DNA from: Malacoraja senta
Lineage: Eukaryota
Reading direction: 5' to 3'
Assembly: GCA_038087875.1 (NCBI GenBank)
Contig: JAXLNO010000250.1
Location: 1-49,903 of the forward strand
Length of the DNA stretch: 49,903 nt
Shown here: positions 1-12,270 of the stretch, in pieces
Numbering within the stretch: the first letter of the stretch is position 1
Layout: the number at the start of each line of letters is the position of its first letter
Program-made: the position numbers and the translations under genes
The notes under the pieces: model-generated
The model's input: only the letters and a program-made list of their open reading frames with translations
The model's database searches: none
What the model was told of the DNA's origin: nothing

Positions 1-143
1 CCCCTTCAATGCCTGCCTCTCTCTCTCTCTCTCTCTCTCCCTGTCTGTAGGTTCCAGGTCAGAGAGACGTTGCTGTGTGATGTGTGGAGAAAATGTGAAC
101 AATGTTCAAATCTCAACACTCTCCCCTTTCCCTCCCTCCCTCC

Positions 144-174
<31 letters not shown>

Positions 175-364
175 CTGTTTTGAGCAGTATTTCTCCATCT
201 GTATCTATCTATCTCTCGATCGATCAATCAATCAATCAATCTTTGATTAATATATATTACAATAATATAATAGATATCTTTTTGGATAGATATTGGGATA
301 TTTCACTCCCCTGGCTACCACTGTAGCCTCTCTCTACCCTCTCTCTACTCTCTCTCTCACTCAC

Positions 365-401
365 CACACCTTCAGAGTCCACCTGCACAACCTTTGTCCG
401 T
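365..401 (-). other. Candidate 37-nt exon B (representative; one per monomer)
   Basis: Minus strand reads cactcttctcctcctcctcag|ACGGACAAAGGTTGTGCAGGTGGACTCTGAAGGTGTG|gtgagtga. Confidence 0.6.
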
Positions 402-423
402 CTGAGGAGGAGGAGAAGAGTGT

Positions 424-928
424 TTGGACTTCAAAACGGGGTTTGCTGTGAGATTTGGTCAAATGGGAAAAGCTCTCTGGGACAGAGAGACAGACAGACA
501 GACAGGCTCCGACAGATGCCTGGGAATCTGGAAGTTAGATGCAATTTGCATGCAGAGAATGGGAAGCCTTGCAAATACTGTCAAATGCATAGAACGGATT
601 GGATGTGTGCAAAAAAGCTGGACATTCACCTTGTAAATAGGTTGAAAGTAATGTTGCAGAGTGTGACTCTGCTAAGTGTTAATTGGATGGGTGCGGTTGA
701 GCCTTGTGTGTGGGTTCTGTTCATCAGGGTAAATGTTTCCAAGTGGACTTGCTCTTCGAGACGGTTGTGAATAATACGATGAAATTGAACTGTTGTTTCA
801 CTGGGTTAGGGAAATGCATGTTATGTATGGGGTTTAATGGCTATTGGACTTCAAAACGGGTTTTGCTGTGAGATTTGGTCAAATTGGAAAAGCTCTGTGG
901 GACAGACAGACAGACAGACAGACAGGCT
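424..928 (+). repeat. ~85-bp direct duplication inside the monomer (424-508 and 844-928)
   Basis: TTGGACTTCAAAACGGG(G/T)TTTGCTGTGAGATTTGGTCAAAT(G/T)GGAAAAGCTCT(C/G)TGGGACAGA...CAGGCT occurs at offset 420. Confidence 0.95.
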
Positions 929-999
929 GGTTCGGCCCTCGATTTCAAGGGGCATATCAAAGTCCCTGGTCACTAGTCTCAGGGTGTGTGTGTGTGTGT

Positions 1000-1001
<2 letters not shown>

Positions 1002-1073
<72 letters not shown>

Positions 1074-1081
1074 TTAGGGTG

Positions 1082-1128
<47 letters not shown>
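1002..1128. repeat. Inverted (AG)n / (TC)n microsatellite pair with short loop (representative; one per monomer)
   Basis: (AG)n-ATTAGGGTGCCTG-(TC)n; the two arms are mutually complementary. Confidence 0.95.
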
Positions 1129-1132
<4 letters not shown>

Positions 1133-1581
1133 GCACACTTTCCCCACCCTGTTTAGGACTGTGTGTGTGTGTGTGTGACTGTGTGTTTTCACTCACCACA
1201 CCCGGAATGCTCCCTTCATTGCCTGTCTGCCTGTGAGAGAGATCCACGATCGGGTATCCAAGCTCCTTTATTCCTCCTTCCTCCATTCGAGATCTGTAGA
1301 CAATTAAAAATTGGAAGATTTGTCACCAAAAAGTGGGGGGAAAAGGCCAAAATGCTCTCTCTCTCTCTGTGCCAATTTGTACTTTCATCCTCTGTAAGTA
1401 TTAAACTTTGCTGAACTCAGCACAGTATGTTTTTCCCCCTTCAATGCCTGCCTCTCTCTCTCTCTCTCTCTCTCTCTCCCTGTCTGTAGGTCCAGGTCAG
1501 AGAGACGTTGCTGTGTGATGTGTGGAGAAAATGTGAACAATGTTCAAATCTCAACACTCTCCCCTTTCCCTCCCTCCCTCC

Positions 1582-1620
<39 letters not shown>

Positions 1621-2451
1621 GTTTTGAGCAGTATTTCTCCATCTGTATCTATCTATCTCTCGATCGATCAATCAATCAATCAATCAATCAATCTTTGATT
1701 AATATATATTACAATAATATAATAGATATCTTTTTGGATAGATATTGGGATATTTCACTCCCCTGGCTACCACTGTAGCCTCTCTCTACCCTCTCTCTAC
1801 TCTCTCTCTCTCTCTCACTCACCACACCTTCAGAGTCCACCTGCACAACCTTTGTCCGTCTGAGGAGGAGGAGAAGAGTGTTTGGACTTCAAAACGGGGT
1901 TTGCTGTGAGATTTGGTCAAATGGGAAAAGCTCTCTGGGACAGAGAGACAGACAGACAGACAGGCTCCGACAGATGCCTGGGAATCTGGAAGTTAGATGC
2001 AATTTGCATGCAGAGAATGGGAAGCCTTGCAAATACTGTCAAATGCATAGAACGGATTGGATGTGTGCAAAAAGCTGGACATTCACCTTGTAAATAGGTT
2101 GAAAGTAATGTTGCAGAGTGTGACTCTGCTAAGTGTTAATTGGATGGGGCGGTTGAGCCTTGTGTGTGGGTTCTGTTCATCAGGGTAAATGTTTCCAAAT
2201 CGACTTGCTCTTCGAGTCGCTTGTGAATAGGATGAAATTGAATTGTTGTTTCACTGGGTTAGGGAAATGCATGTTATGTATGGGGTTAATGGCTATTGGA
2301 CTTCAAAACGGGTTTTGCTGTGAGATTTGGTCAAATTGGAAAAGCTCTGTGGGACAGACAGACAGACAGACAGGCTGGTTCGGCCCTCGATTTCAAGGGG
2401 CATATCAAAGTCCCTGGTCACTAGGCTCAGGGTGTGTGTGTGTGTGTGTGT

Positions 2452-2518
<67 letters not shown>

Positions 2519-2523
2519 GGGTG

Positions 2524-2578
<55 letters not shown>

Positions 2579-2644
2579 GGACACATTCCCCACCCTGTTT
2601 AGGACTGTGTGTGTGTGTGTGTGTGACTGTGTGTTTTCACTCAC

Positions 2645-2740
2645 CACACCGGAATGCTCCCTTCATTGCCTGTCTGCCTGTGAGAGAGATCCACGATCGG
2701 GTATCCAAGCTCCTTTATTCCTCCTTCCTCCATTCGAGAT
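2645..2740 (-). other. Candidate 96-nt exon A (representative; one per monomer, 97 nt at 1197-1293)
   Basis: Minus strand reads ccaatttctaattgtctacag|ATCTCGAATGGAGGAAGGAGG...GCATTCCGGTGTG|gtgagtga, with a branch-like CTAAT and a purine-rich exon body. Confidence 0.55.
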
Positions 2741-3029
2741 CTGTAGACAATTAGAAATTGGAAGATTTGTCACCAAAAAGTGGGGGGAAAAGGCCAAAAT
2801 GCTCTCTCTCTCTCTCTCTGTGCCAATTTGTACTTTCATCCCCTGTAAGTATTAAACTTTGCTGAACTCAGCACAGTATGTTTTTCCCCCTTCAATGCCT
2901 GCCTCTCTCTCTCTCTCTCTCTCTCCCTGTCTGTAGGTTCCAGGTCAGAGAGACGTTGCTGTGTGATGTGTGGAGAAAATGTGAACAATGTTCAAATCTC
3001 AACACTCTCCCCTTTCCCTCCCTCCCTCC

Positions 3030-3060
<31 letters not shown>

Positions 3061-3888
3061 CTGTTTTGAGCAGTATTTCTCCATCTGTATCTATCTATCT
3101 CTCGATCGATCAATCAATCAATCAATCTTTGATTAATATATATTACAATAATATAATAGATATCTTTTTGGATAGATATTGGGATATTTCACTCCCCTGG
3201 CTACCACTGTAGCCTCTCTCTACCCTCTCTCTACTCTCTCTCTCTCTCACTCACCACACCTTCAGAGTCCACCTGCACAACCTTTGTCCGTCTGAGGAGG
3301 AGGAGAAGAGTGTTTGGACTTCAAAACGGGGTTTGCTGTGAGATTTGGTCAAATGGGAAAAGCTCTCTGGGACAGAGAGACAGACAGACAGACAGGCTCC
3401 GACAGATGCCTAGGAATCTGGAAGTTAGATGCAATTTGCATGCAGAGAATGGGAAGCCTTGCAAATACTGAATAATGCATAGAACGGATTGGATGTGTGC
3501 AAAAAGCTGGACATTCACCTTGTAAATAGGTTGAAAGTAATGTTGCAGAGTGTGACTCTGCTAAGTGTTAATTGGATGGGGCGGTTGAGCCTTGTGTGTG
3601 GGTTCTGTTCATCAGGGTAAATGTTTCCAAGTGGACTTGCTCTTCGAGTCGCTTGTGAATAGGATGAAATTGAATTGTTGTATCGTTGGGTCAGGGAAAT
3701 GCATGTTATGTATGGGGTTAATGGCTATTGGACTTCAAAACGGGTTTTGCTGTGAGATTTGGTCAAATTGGAAAAGCTCTGTGGGACAGACAGACAGACA
3801 GACAGGCTGGTTCGGCCCTCGATTTCAAGGGGCATATCAAAGTCCCTGGTCACTAGGCTCAGGGTGTGTGTGTGTGTGTGTGTGTGAC

Positions 3889-3944
<56 letters not shown>

Positions 3945-3949
3945 GGGTG

Positions 3950-4004
<55 letters not shown>

Positions 4005-4452
4005 GCACACATTCCCCACCCTGTTTAGGACTGTGTGTGTGTGTGTGTGACTGTGTGTTTTCACTCACCACACCGGAATGCTCCCTTCATTGCCTGTCTG
4101 CCTGTGAGAGAGATCCACGATCGGGTATCCAAGCTCCTTTATTCCTCCTTCCTCCATTCGAGATCTGTAGACAATTAAAAATTGGAAGATTTGTCACCAA
4201 AAAGTGGGGGGAAAAGGCCAAAATGCTCTCTCTCTCTCTCTCTCTGTGCCAATTTGTACTTTCATCCTCTGTAAGTATTAAACTTTGCTGAACTCAGCAC
4301 AGTATGTTTTTCCCCCTTCAATGCCTGCCTCTCTCTCTCTCTCTCTCTCTCTCTCCCTGTCTGTAGGTCCAGGTCAGAGAGACGTTGCTGTGTGATGTGT
4401 GGAGAAAATGTGAACAATGTTCAAATCTCAACTCTCCCCTTTCCCTCCATCC

Positions 4453-4489
<37 letters not shown>

Positions 4490-5315
4490 GTTTTGAGCAG
4501 TATTTCTCCATCTGTATCTATCTATCTCTCGATCGATCAATCAATCAATCAATCTTTGATTAATATATATTACAATAATATAATAGATATCTTTTTGGAT
4601 AGATATTGGGATATTTCACTCCCCTGGCTACCACTGTAGCCTCTCTCTACCCTCTCTCTACTCTCTCTCTCACTCACCACACCTTCAGAGTCCACCTGCA
4701 CAACCTTTGTCCGTCTGAGGAGGAGGAGAAGAGTGTTTGGACTTCAAAACGGGGTTTGCTGTGAGATTTGGTCAAATGGGAAAAGCTCTCTGGGACAGAG
4801 AGACAGACAGACAGACAGGCTCCGACAGATGCCTGGGAATCTGGAAGTTAGATGCAATTTGCATGCAGAGAATGGGAAGCCTTGCAAATACTGTCAAATG
4901 CATAGAACGGATTGGATGTGTGCAAAAAGCTGGACATTCACCTTGTAAATAGGTTGAAAGTAATGTTGCAGAGTGTGACTCTGCTAAGTGTTAATTGGAT
5001 GGGTGCGGTTGAGCCTTGTGTGTGGGTTCTGTTCATCAGGGTAAATGTTTCCAAATCGACTTGCTCTTCGAGACGCTTGTGAATAGGATGAAATTGAATT
5101 GTTGTTTCACTGGGTTAGGGAAATGCATGTTATGTATGGGGTTTAATGGCTATTGGACTTCAAAACGGGTTTTGCTGTGAGATTTGGTCAAATTGGAAAA
5201 GCTCTGTGGGACAGACAGACAGACAGACAGGCTGGTTCGGCCCTCGATTTCAAGGGGCATATCAAAGTCCCTGGTCACTAGGCTCAGGGTGTGTGTGTGT
5301 GTGTGTGTGTGTGAC

Positions 5316-5371
<56 letters not shown>

Positions 5372-5376
5372 GGGTG

Positions 5377-5431
<55 letters not shown>

Positions 5432-5881
5432 GGACACATTCCCCACCCTGTTTAGGACTGTGTGTGTGTGTGTGTGTACTGTGTGTTTTCACTCACCACA
5501 CCGGAATGCTCCCTTCATTGCCTGTCTGCCTGTGAGAGAGATCCACGATCGGGTATCCAAGCTCCTTTATTCCTCCTTCCTCCATTCGAGATCTGTAGAC
5601 AATTAGAAATTGGAAGATTTGTCACCAAAAAGTGGGGGGAAAAGGCCAAAATGCTCTCTCTCTCTCTCTCTGTGCCAATTTGTACTTTCATCCCCTGTAA
5701 GTATTAAACTTTGCTGAACTCAGCACAGTATGTTTTTCCCCCTTCAATGCCTGCCTCTCTCTCTCTCTCTCTCTCTCCCTGTCTGTAGGTTCCAGGTCAG
5801 AGAGACGTTGCTGTGTGATGTGTGGAGAAAATGTGAACAATGTTCAAATCTCAACACTCTCCCCTTTCCCTCCCTCCCTCC

Positions 5882-5912
<31 letters not shown>

Positions 5913-6737
5913 CTGTTTTGAGCAGTATTTCTCCATCTGTATCTATCTATCTCTCGATCGATCAATCAATCAATCAATCTTTGATTAATATATATTACAA
6001 TAATATAATAGATATCTTTTTGGATAGATATTGGGATATTTCACTCCCCTGGCTACCACTGTAGCCTCTCTCTACCCTCTCTCTACTCTCTCTCTCACTC
6101 ACCACACCTTCAGAGTCCACCTGCACAACCTTTGTCCGTCTGAGGAGGAGGAGAAGAGTGTTTGGACTTCAAAACGGGGTTTGCTGTGAGATTTGGTCAA
6201 ATGGGAAAAGCTCTCTGGGACAGAGAGACAGACAGACAGACAGGCTCCGACAGATGCCTGGGAATCTGGAAGTTAGATGCAATTTGCATGCAGAGAATGG
6301 GAAGCCTTGCAAATACTGTCAAATGCATAGAACGGATTGGATGTGTGCAAAAAAGCTGGACATTCACCTTGTAAATAGGTTGAAAGTAATGTTGCAGAGT
6401 GTGACTCTGCTAAGTGTTAATTGGATGGGTGCGGTTGAGCCTTGTGTGTGGGTTCTGTTCATCAGGGTAAATGTTTCCAAGTGGACTTGCTCTTCGAGAC
6501 GGTTGTGAATAATACGATGAAATTGAACTGTTGTTTCACTGGGTTAGGGAAATGCATGTTATGTATGGGGTTTAATGGCTATTGGACTTCAAAACGGGTT
6601 TTGCTGTGAGATTTGGTCAAATTGGAAAAGCTCTGTGGGACAGACAGACAGACAGACAGACAGGCTGGTTCGGCCCTCGATTTCAAGGGGCATATCAAAG
6701 TCCCTGGTCACTAGTCTCAGGGTGTGTGTGTGTGTGT

Positions 6738-6811
<74 letters not shown>

Positions 6812-6819
6812 TTAGGGTG

Positions 6820-6870
<51 letters not shown>

Positions 6871-7316
6871 GCACACTTTCCCCACCCTGTTTAGGACTGT
6901 GTGTGTGTGTGTGTGACTGTGTGTTTTCACTCACCACACCGGAATGCTCCCTTCATTGCCTGTCTGCCTGTGAGAGAGATCCACGATCGGGTATCCAAGC
7001 TCCTTTATTCCTCCTTCCTCCATTCGAGATCTGTAGACAATTAAAAATTGGAAGATTTGTCACCAAAAAGTGGGGGGAAAAGGCCAAAATGCTCTCTCTC
7101 TCTCTGTGCCAATTTGTACTTTCATCCTCTGTAAGTATTAAACTTTGCTGAACTCAGCACAGTATGTTTTTCCCCCTTCAATGCCTGCCTCTCTCTCTCT
7201 CTCTCTCTCTCTCTCCCTGTCTGTAGGTCCAGGTCAGAGAGACGTTGCTGTGTGATGTGTGGAGAAAATGTGAACAATGTTCAAATCTCAACTCTCCCCT
7301 TTCCCTCCCTCCCTCC

Positions 7317-7355
<39 letters not shown>

Positions 7356-8186
7356 GTTTTGAGCAGTATTTCTCCATCTGTATCTATCTATCTCTCGATC
7401 GATCAATCAATCAATCAATCAATCAATCTTTGATTAATATATATTACAATAATATAATAGATATCTTTTTGGATAGATATTGGGATATTTCACTCCCCTG
7501 GCTACCACTGTAGCCTCTCTCTACCCTCTCTCTACTCTCTCTCTCTCTCTCACTCACCACACCTTCAGAGTCCACCTGCACAACCTTTGTCCGTCTGAGG
7601 AGGAGGAGAAGAGTGTTTGGACTTCAAAACGGGGTTTGCTGTGAGATTTGGTCAAATGGGAAAAGCTCTCTGGGACAGAGAGACAGACAGACAGACAGGC
7701 TCCGACAGATGCCTGGGAATCTGGAAGTTAGATGCAATTTGCATGCAGAGAATGGGAAGCCTTGCAAATACTGTCAAATGCATAGAACGGATTGGATGTG
7801 TGCAAAAAGCTGGACATTCACCTTGTAAATAGGTTGAAAGTAATGTTGCAGAGTGTGACTCTGCTAAGTGTTAATTGGATGGGGCGGTTGAGCCTTGTGT
7901 GTGGGTTCTGTTCATCAGGGTAAATGTTTCCAAATCGACTTGCTCTTCGAGTCGCTTGTGAATAGGATGAAATTGAATTGTTGTTTCACTGGGTTAGGGA
8001 AATGCATGTTATGTATGGGGTTAATGGCTATTGGACTTCAAAACGGGTTTTGCTGTGAGATTTGGTCAAATTGGAAAAGCTCTGTGGGACAGACAGACAG
8101 ACAGACAGGCTGGTTCGGCCCTCGATTTCAAGGGGCATATCAAAGTCCCTGGTCACTAGGCTCAGGGTGTGTGTGTGTGTGTGTGT

Positions 8187-8255
<69 letters not shown>

Positions 8256-8260
8256 GGGTG

Positions 8261-8315
<55 letters not shown>

Positions 8316-8766
8316 GGACACATTCCCCACCCTGTTTAGGACTGTGTGTGTGTGTGTGTGTGACTGTGTGTTTTCACTCACCACACCGGAATGCTCCCTT
8401 CATTGCCTGTCTGCCTGTGAGAGAGATCCACGATCGGGTATCCAAGCTCCTTTATTCCTCCTTCCTCCATTCGAGATCTGTAGACAATTAGAAATTGGAA
8501 GATTTGTCACCAAAAAGTGGGGGGAAAAGGCCAAAATGCTCTCTCTCTCTCTCTCTGTGCCAATTTGTACTTTCATCCCCTGTAAGTATTAAACTTTGCT
8601 GAACTCAGCACAGTATGTTTTTCCCCCTTCAATGCCTGCCTCTCTCTCTCTCTCTCTCTCTCCCTGTCTGTAGGTTCCAGGTCAGAGAGACGTTGCTGTG
8701 TGATGTGTGGAGAAAATGTGAACAATGTTCAAATCTCAACACTCTCCCCTTTCCCTCCCTCCCTCC

Positions 8767-8797
<31 letters not shown>

Positions 8798-9603
8798 CTG
8801 TTTTGAGCAGTATTTCTCCATCTGTATCTATCTATCTCTCGATCGATCAATCAATCAATCAATCTTTGATTAATATATATTACAATAATATAATAGATAT
8901 CTTTTTGGATAGATATTGGGATATTTCACTCCCCTGGCTACCACTGTAGCCTCTCTCTACCCTCTCTCTACTCTCTCTCTCACTCACCACACCTTCAGAG
9001 TCCACCTGCACAACCTTTGTCCGTCTGAGGAGGAGGAGAAGAGTGTTTGGACTTCAAAACGGGGTTTGCTGTGAGATTTGGTCAAATGGGAAAAGCTCTC
9101 TGGGACAGAGAGACAGACAGACAGACAGGCTCCGACAGATGCCTGGGAATCTGGAAGTTAGATGCAATTTGCATGCAGAGAATGGGAAGCCTTGCAAATA
9201 CTGTCAAATGCATAGAACGGATTGGATGTGTGCAAAAAAGCTGGACATTCACCTTGTAAATAGGTTGAAAGTAATGTTGCAGAGTGTGACTCTGCTAAGT
9301 GTTAATTGGATGGGTGCGGTTGAGCCTTGTGTGTGGGTTCTGTTCATCAGGGTAAATGTTTCCAAGTGGACTTGCTCTTCGAGACGGTTGTGAATAATAC
9401 GATGAAATTGAACTGTTGTTTCACTGGGTTAGGGAAATGCATGTTATGTATGGGGTTTAATGGCTATTGGACTTCAAAACGGGTTTTGCTGTGAGATTTG
9501 GTCAAATTGGAAAAGCTCTGTGGGACAGACAGACAGACAGACAGACAGGCTGGTTCGGCCCTCGATTTCAAGGGGCATATCAAAGTCCCTGGTCACTAGG
9601 CTC

Positions 9604-9687
<84 letters not shown>

Positions 9688-9692
9688 GGGTG

Positions 9693-9755
<63 letters not shown>

Positions 9756-10207
9756 GCCTGCACACATTCCCCACCCTGTTTAGGACTGTGTGTGTGTGTG
9801 TGTGACTGTGTGTTTTCACTCACCACACCGGAATGCTCCCTTCATTGCCTGTCTGCCTGTGAGAGAGATCCACGATCGGGTATCCAAGCTCCTTTATTCC
9901 TCCTTCCTCCATTCGAGATCTGTAGACAATTAGAAATTGGAAGATTTGTCACCAAAAAGTGGGGGGAAAAGGCCAAAATGCTCTCTCTCTCTCTGTGCCA
10001 ATTTGTACTTTCATCCTCTGTAAGTATTAAACTTTGCTGAACTCAGCACAGTATGTTTTTCCCCCTTCAATGCCTGCCTCTCTCTCTCTCTCTCTCTCTC
10101 TCTCCCTGTCTGTAGGTCCAGGTCAGAGAGACGTTGCTGTGTGATGTGTGGAGAAAATGTGAACAATGTTCAAATCTCAACACTCTCCCCTTTCCCTCCC
10201 TCCCTCC

Positions 10208-10238
<31 letters not shown>

Positions 10239-11008
10239 CTGTTTTGAGCAGTATTTCTCCATCTGTATCTATCTATCTCTCGATCGATCAATCAATCAAT
10301 CAATCTTTGATTAATATATATTACAATAATATAATAGATATCTTTTTGGATAGATATTGGGATATTTCACTCCCCTGGCTACCACTGTAGCCTCTCTCTA
10401 CCCTCTCTCTACTCTCTCTCTCTCACTCACCACACCTTCAGAGTCCACCTGCACAACCTTTGTCCGTCTGAGGAGGAGGAGAAGAGTGTTTGGACTTCAA
10501 AACGGGGTTTGCTGTGAGATTTGGTCAAATGGGAAAAGCTCTCTGGGACAGAGAGACAGACAGACAGACAGGCTCCGACAGATGCCTAGGAATCTGGAAG
10601 TTAGATGCAATTTGCATGCAGAGAATGGGAAGCCTTGCAAATACTGAATAATGCATAGAACGGATTGGATGTGTGCAAAAAGCTGGACATTCACCTTGTA
10701 AATAGGTTGAAAGTAATGTTGCAGAGTGTGACTCTGCTAAGTGTTAATTGGATGGGGCGGTTGAGCCTTGTGTGTGGGTTCTGTTCATCAGGGTAAATGT
10801 TTCCAAATCGACTTGCTCTTCGAGTCGCTTGTGAATAGGATGAAATTGAATTGTTGTTTCACTGGGTTAGGGAAATGCATGTTATGTATGGGGTTAATGG
10901 CTATTGGACTTCAAAACGGGTTTTGCTGTGAGATTTATATTTTTACATTTTTTTCACGACCCACATGGACCTTGCACGGTTCTCCAGCCTCCCGGACCAT
11001 CTTTCACC

Positions 11009-11018
<10 letters not shown>

Positions 11019-11078
<60 letters not shown>
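11019..11078. repeat. (CA)n microsatellite; 2 bp longer in copy 2
   Basis: Direct reading; the offset between spacer copies changes from 24946 to 24948 across it. Confidence 0.9.
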
Positions 11079-11085
<7 letters not shown>

Positions 11086-11239
11086 CAACAACACTCACTA
11101 CTTTCCACTAACCTCTATCTATCAGCCGATACAAGATTCCTTGACCCTACCTCCCATTCTGCATGTCTCCGACTCTCCGTGTGTGTCCGTGTGTCCCCAA
11201 CTCTCCAGCCTGCGACTGCTCGCTTCCACCGCCGCCCAA

Positions 11240-11315
11240 ACACTGAATCACTTTCCCTCCTCAAAACGTTACAAACCCCACCGACCCACCCACCTCCCCT
11301 CGCTTCCCATTGGGG
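11240..11315 (-). promoter_or_regulatory. Candidate Pol II core promoter facing the monomer array (copy 2 at 36188-36263)
   Basis: Minus strand has CCAAT at 11309-11313, GGGTGG/CACCC boxes at 11276-11300 and Inr-like TCAGT at 11242-11246, placing CCAAT at about -65. A CpG-enriched stretch follows, then a GTGAGT donor at 11093-11098. Confidence 0.4.
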
Positions 11316-11813
11316 ACAAAGGCAGGAAGGAAGGAAGCAGCAAGATTTGGCAACATTTATTTGCAACATTTATTTGATAAATTATTTGATAATTCTTTTT
11401 AAATTATTGCTATGCAAAAATGCATTTAACATCCCAAGGGGTTTACAATATTACTTTCATGCAACGCCCTCCCTCCCTGCATTTAACATTGCAGGTGTGT
11501 GTGTGTGTATGTGGGCAAAATTATTCCAATGGAATGCATCTATTTGATGTCACATTTCTATTGAGAGCTTTTGCAAGATTTTTGATAGATTATTGCAATG
11601 CAATGCATTTTACATTCCAAAGGGGTTGGTTGCAATATGAAAGAATATGAAGAAAAGAGGGATTTCTTCAAAGAGAAGGGAATCTGTTTTGGATGTTTTT
11701 GAAAAAAGGACATATGGTGGGGGGTGAGAGACTGTAAGTCCTATCATTTGTTATAAGTGCAGGCTTCCACTACCTTTTCCACAGAAAACCTGACGACAAG
11801 GCTGATGCCCAGC

Positions 11814-11814
<1 letters not shown>

Positions 11815-11844
<30 letters not shown>

Positions 11845-11995
11845 GGAGAAGAGACTAAGATTCAATTATATACCATGACTAAAGATAAAGACATCAGGAG
11901 TCATGGAGATATCCAGTCTGGATGGATGAAGATCATTTTATACCAATATCTATCTCAAGTGCTTACACATGGAACCATGTCTGTCTGTCTGTCTG

Positions 11996-12053
<58 letters not shown>
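11815..12053. repeat. (GACA)n and (TGTC)n tetranucleotide tracts in inverted orientation (copy 2 at 36763-37001)
   Basis: (GACA)n at ~11815-11843 and (TGTC)n at ~11978-12053. Confidence 0.9.
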
Positions 12054-12055
<2 letters not shown>

Positions 12056-12270
12056 AACATTTACCAAGACATAAAGACTTGAAACAATGGCAGTACCTGA
12101 AGGATGTCAAGATATCTATCTGAAAAATATTCTAGTGTTGATCTACTTATGGAAACAAATGATTTGGATGCATTGGAACCTATACTGATTTGTTCGGAGC
12201 CAATGTGATGGACGGAGCGAATGCTACCTACCAAAACCCCAATTGGATGGGTTATCTATGGGACTTTGAA

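Larger units (their letters stand above)
1..10936. repeat. Tandem array of ~1.43-kb monomers (7 full plus 1 truncated), left block
   Basis: Monomer start CCCCTTCAATGCCTGCC recurs at ~1, 1436, 2887, 4313, 5739, 7173, 8624 and 10062. Monomers are near-identical apart from microsatellite lengths and a few diagnostic variants. The array ends at GCTGTGAGATTT (10936). Confidence 0.98.

Noticed and set aside
673..695. TAAGTGTTAATTGGATGGGG resembling miR-430 family sequence
   Set aside because: The seed is AAGTGTT rather than AAGTGCT, and I could not find a complementary arm for a pre-miRNA hairpin.
544..720. Octamer plus PSE-like TCACC...TTGAAAGTA suggesting a tandem snRNA gene
   Set aside because: Octamer-PSE spacing (~80 bp) is short, the PSE match is split, and no U1, U2, U4, U5, U6, U7, U11, U12 or 7SK sequence follows.
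640..727. Minus-strand TGATGA as a snoRNA C box
   Set aside because: No CTGA D box or terminal stem was found at a suitable distance downstream.
925..979. Y RNA / vault RNA-like ends (GGCTGGTTCG...ACTAGTCT) that can pair
   Set aside because: Only ~55 nt long, with no oligo-T terminator, upstream TATA or A/B boxes. Most monomers carry ACTAGGCT, which weakens the stem.
2645..2710. Exon A frame SWISLTGRQAMKGAFRC vaguely resembling a C-type lectin WIGL motif
   Set aside because: There is an in-frame TAA just upstream, the similarity is weak, and no other lectin segments are present.
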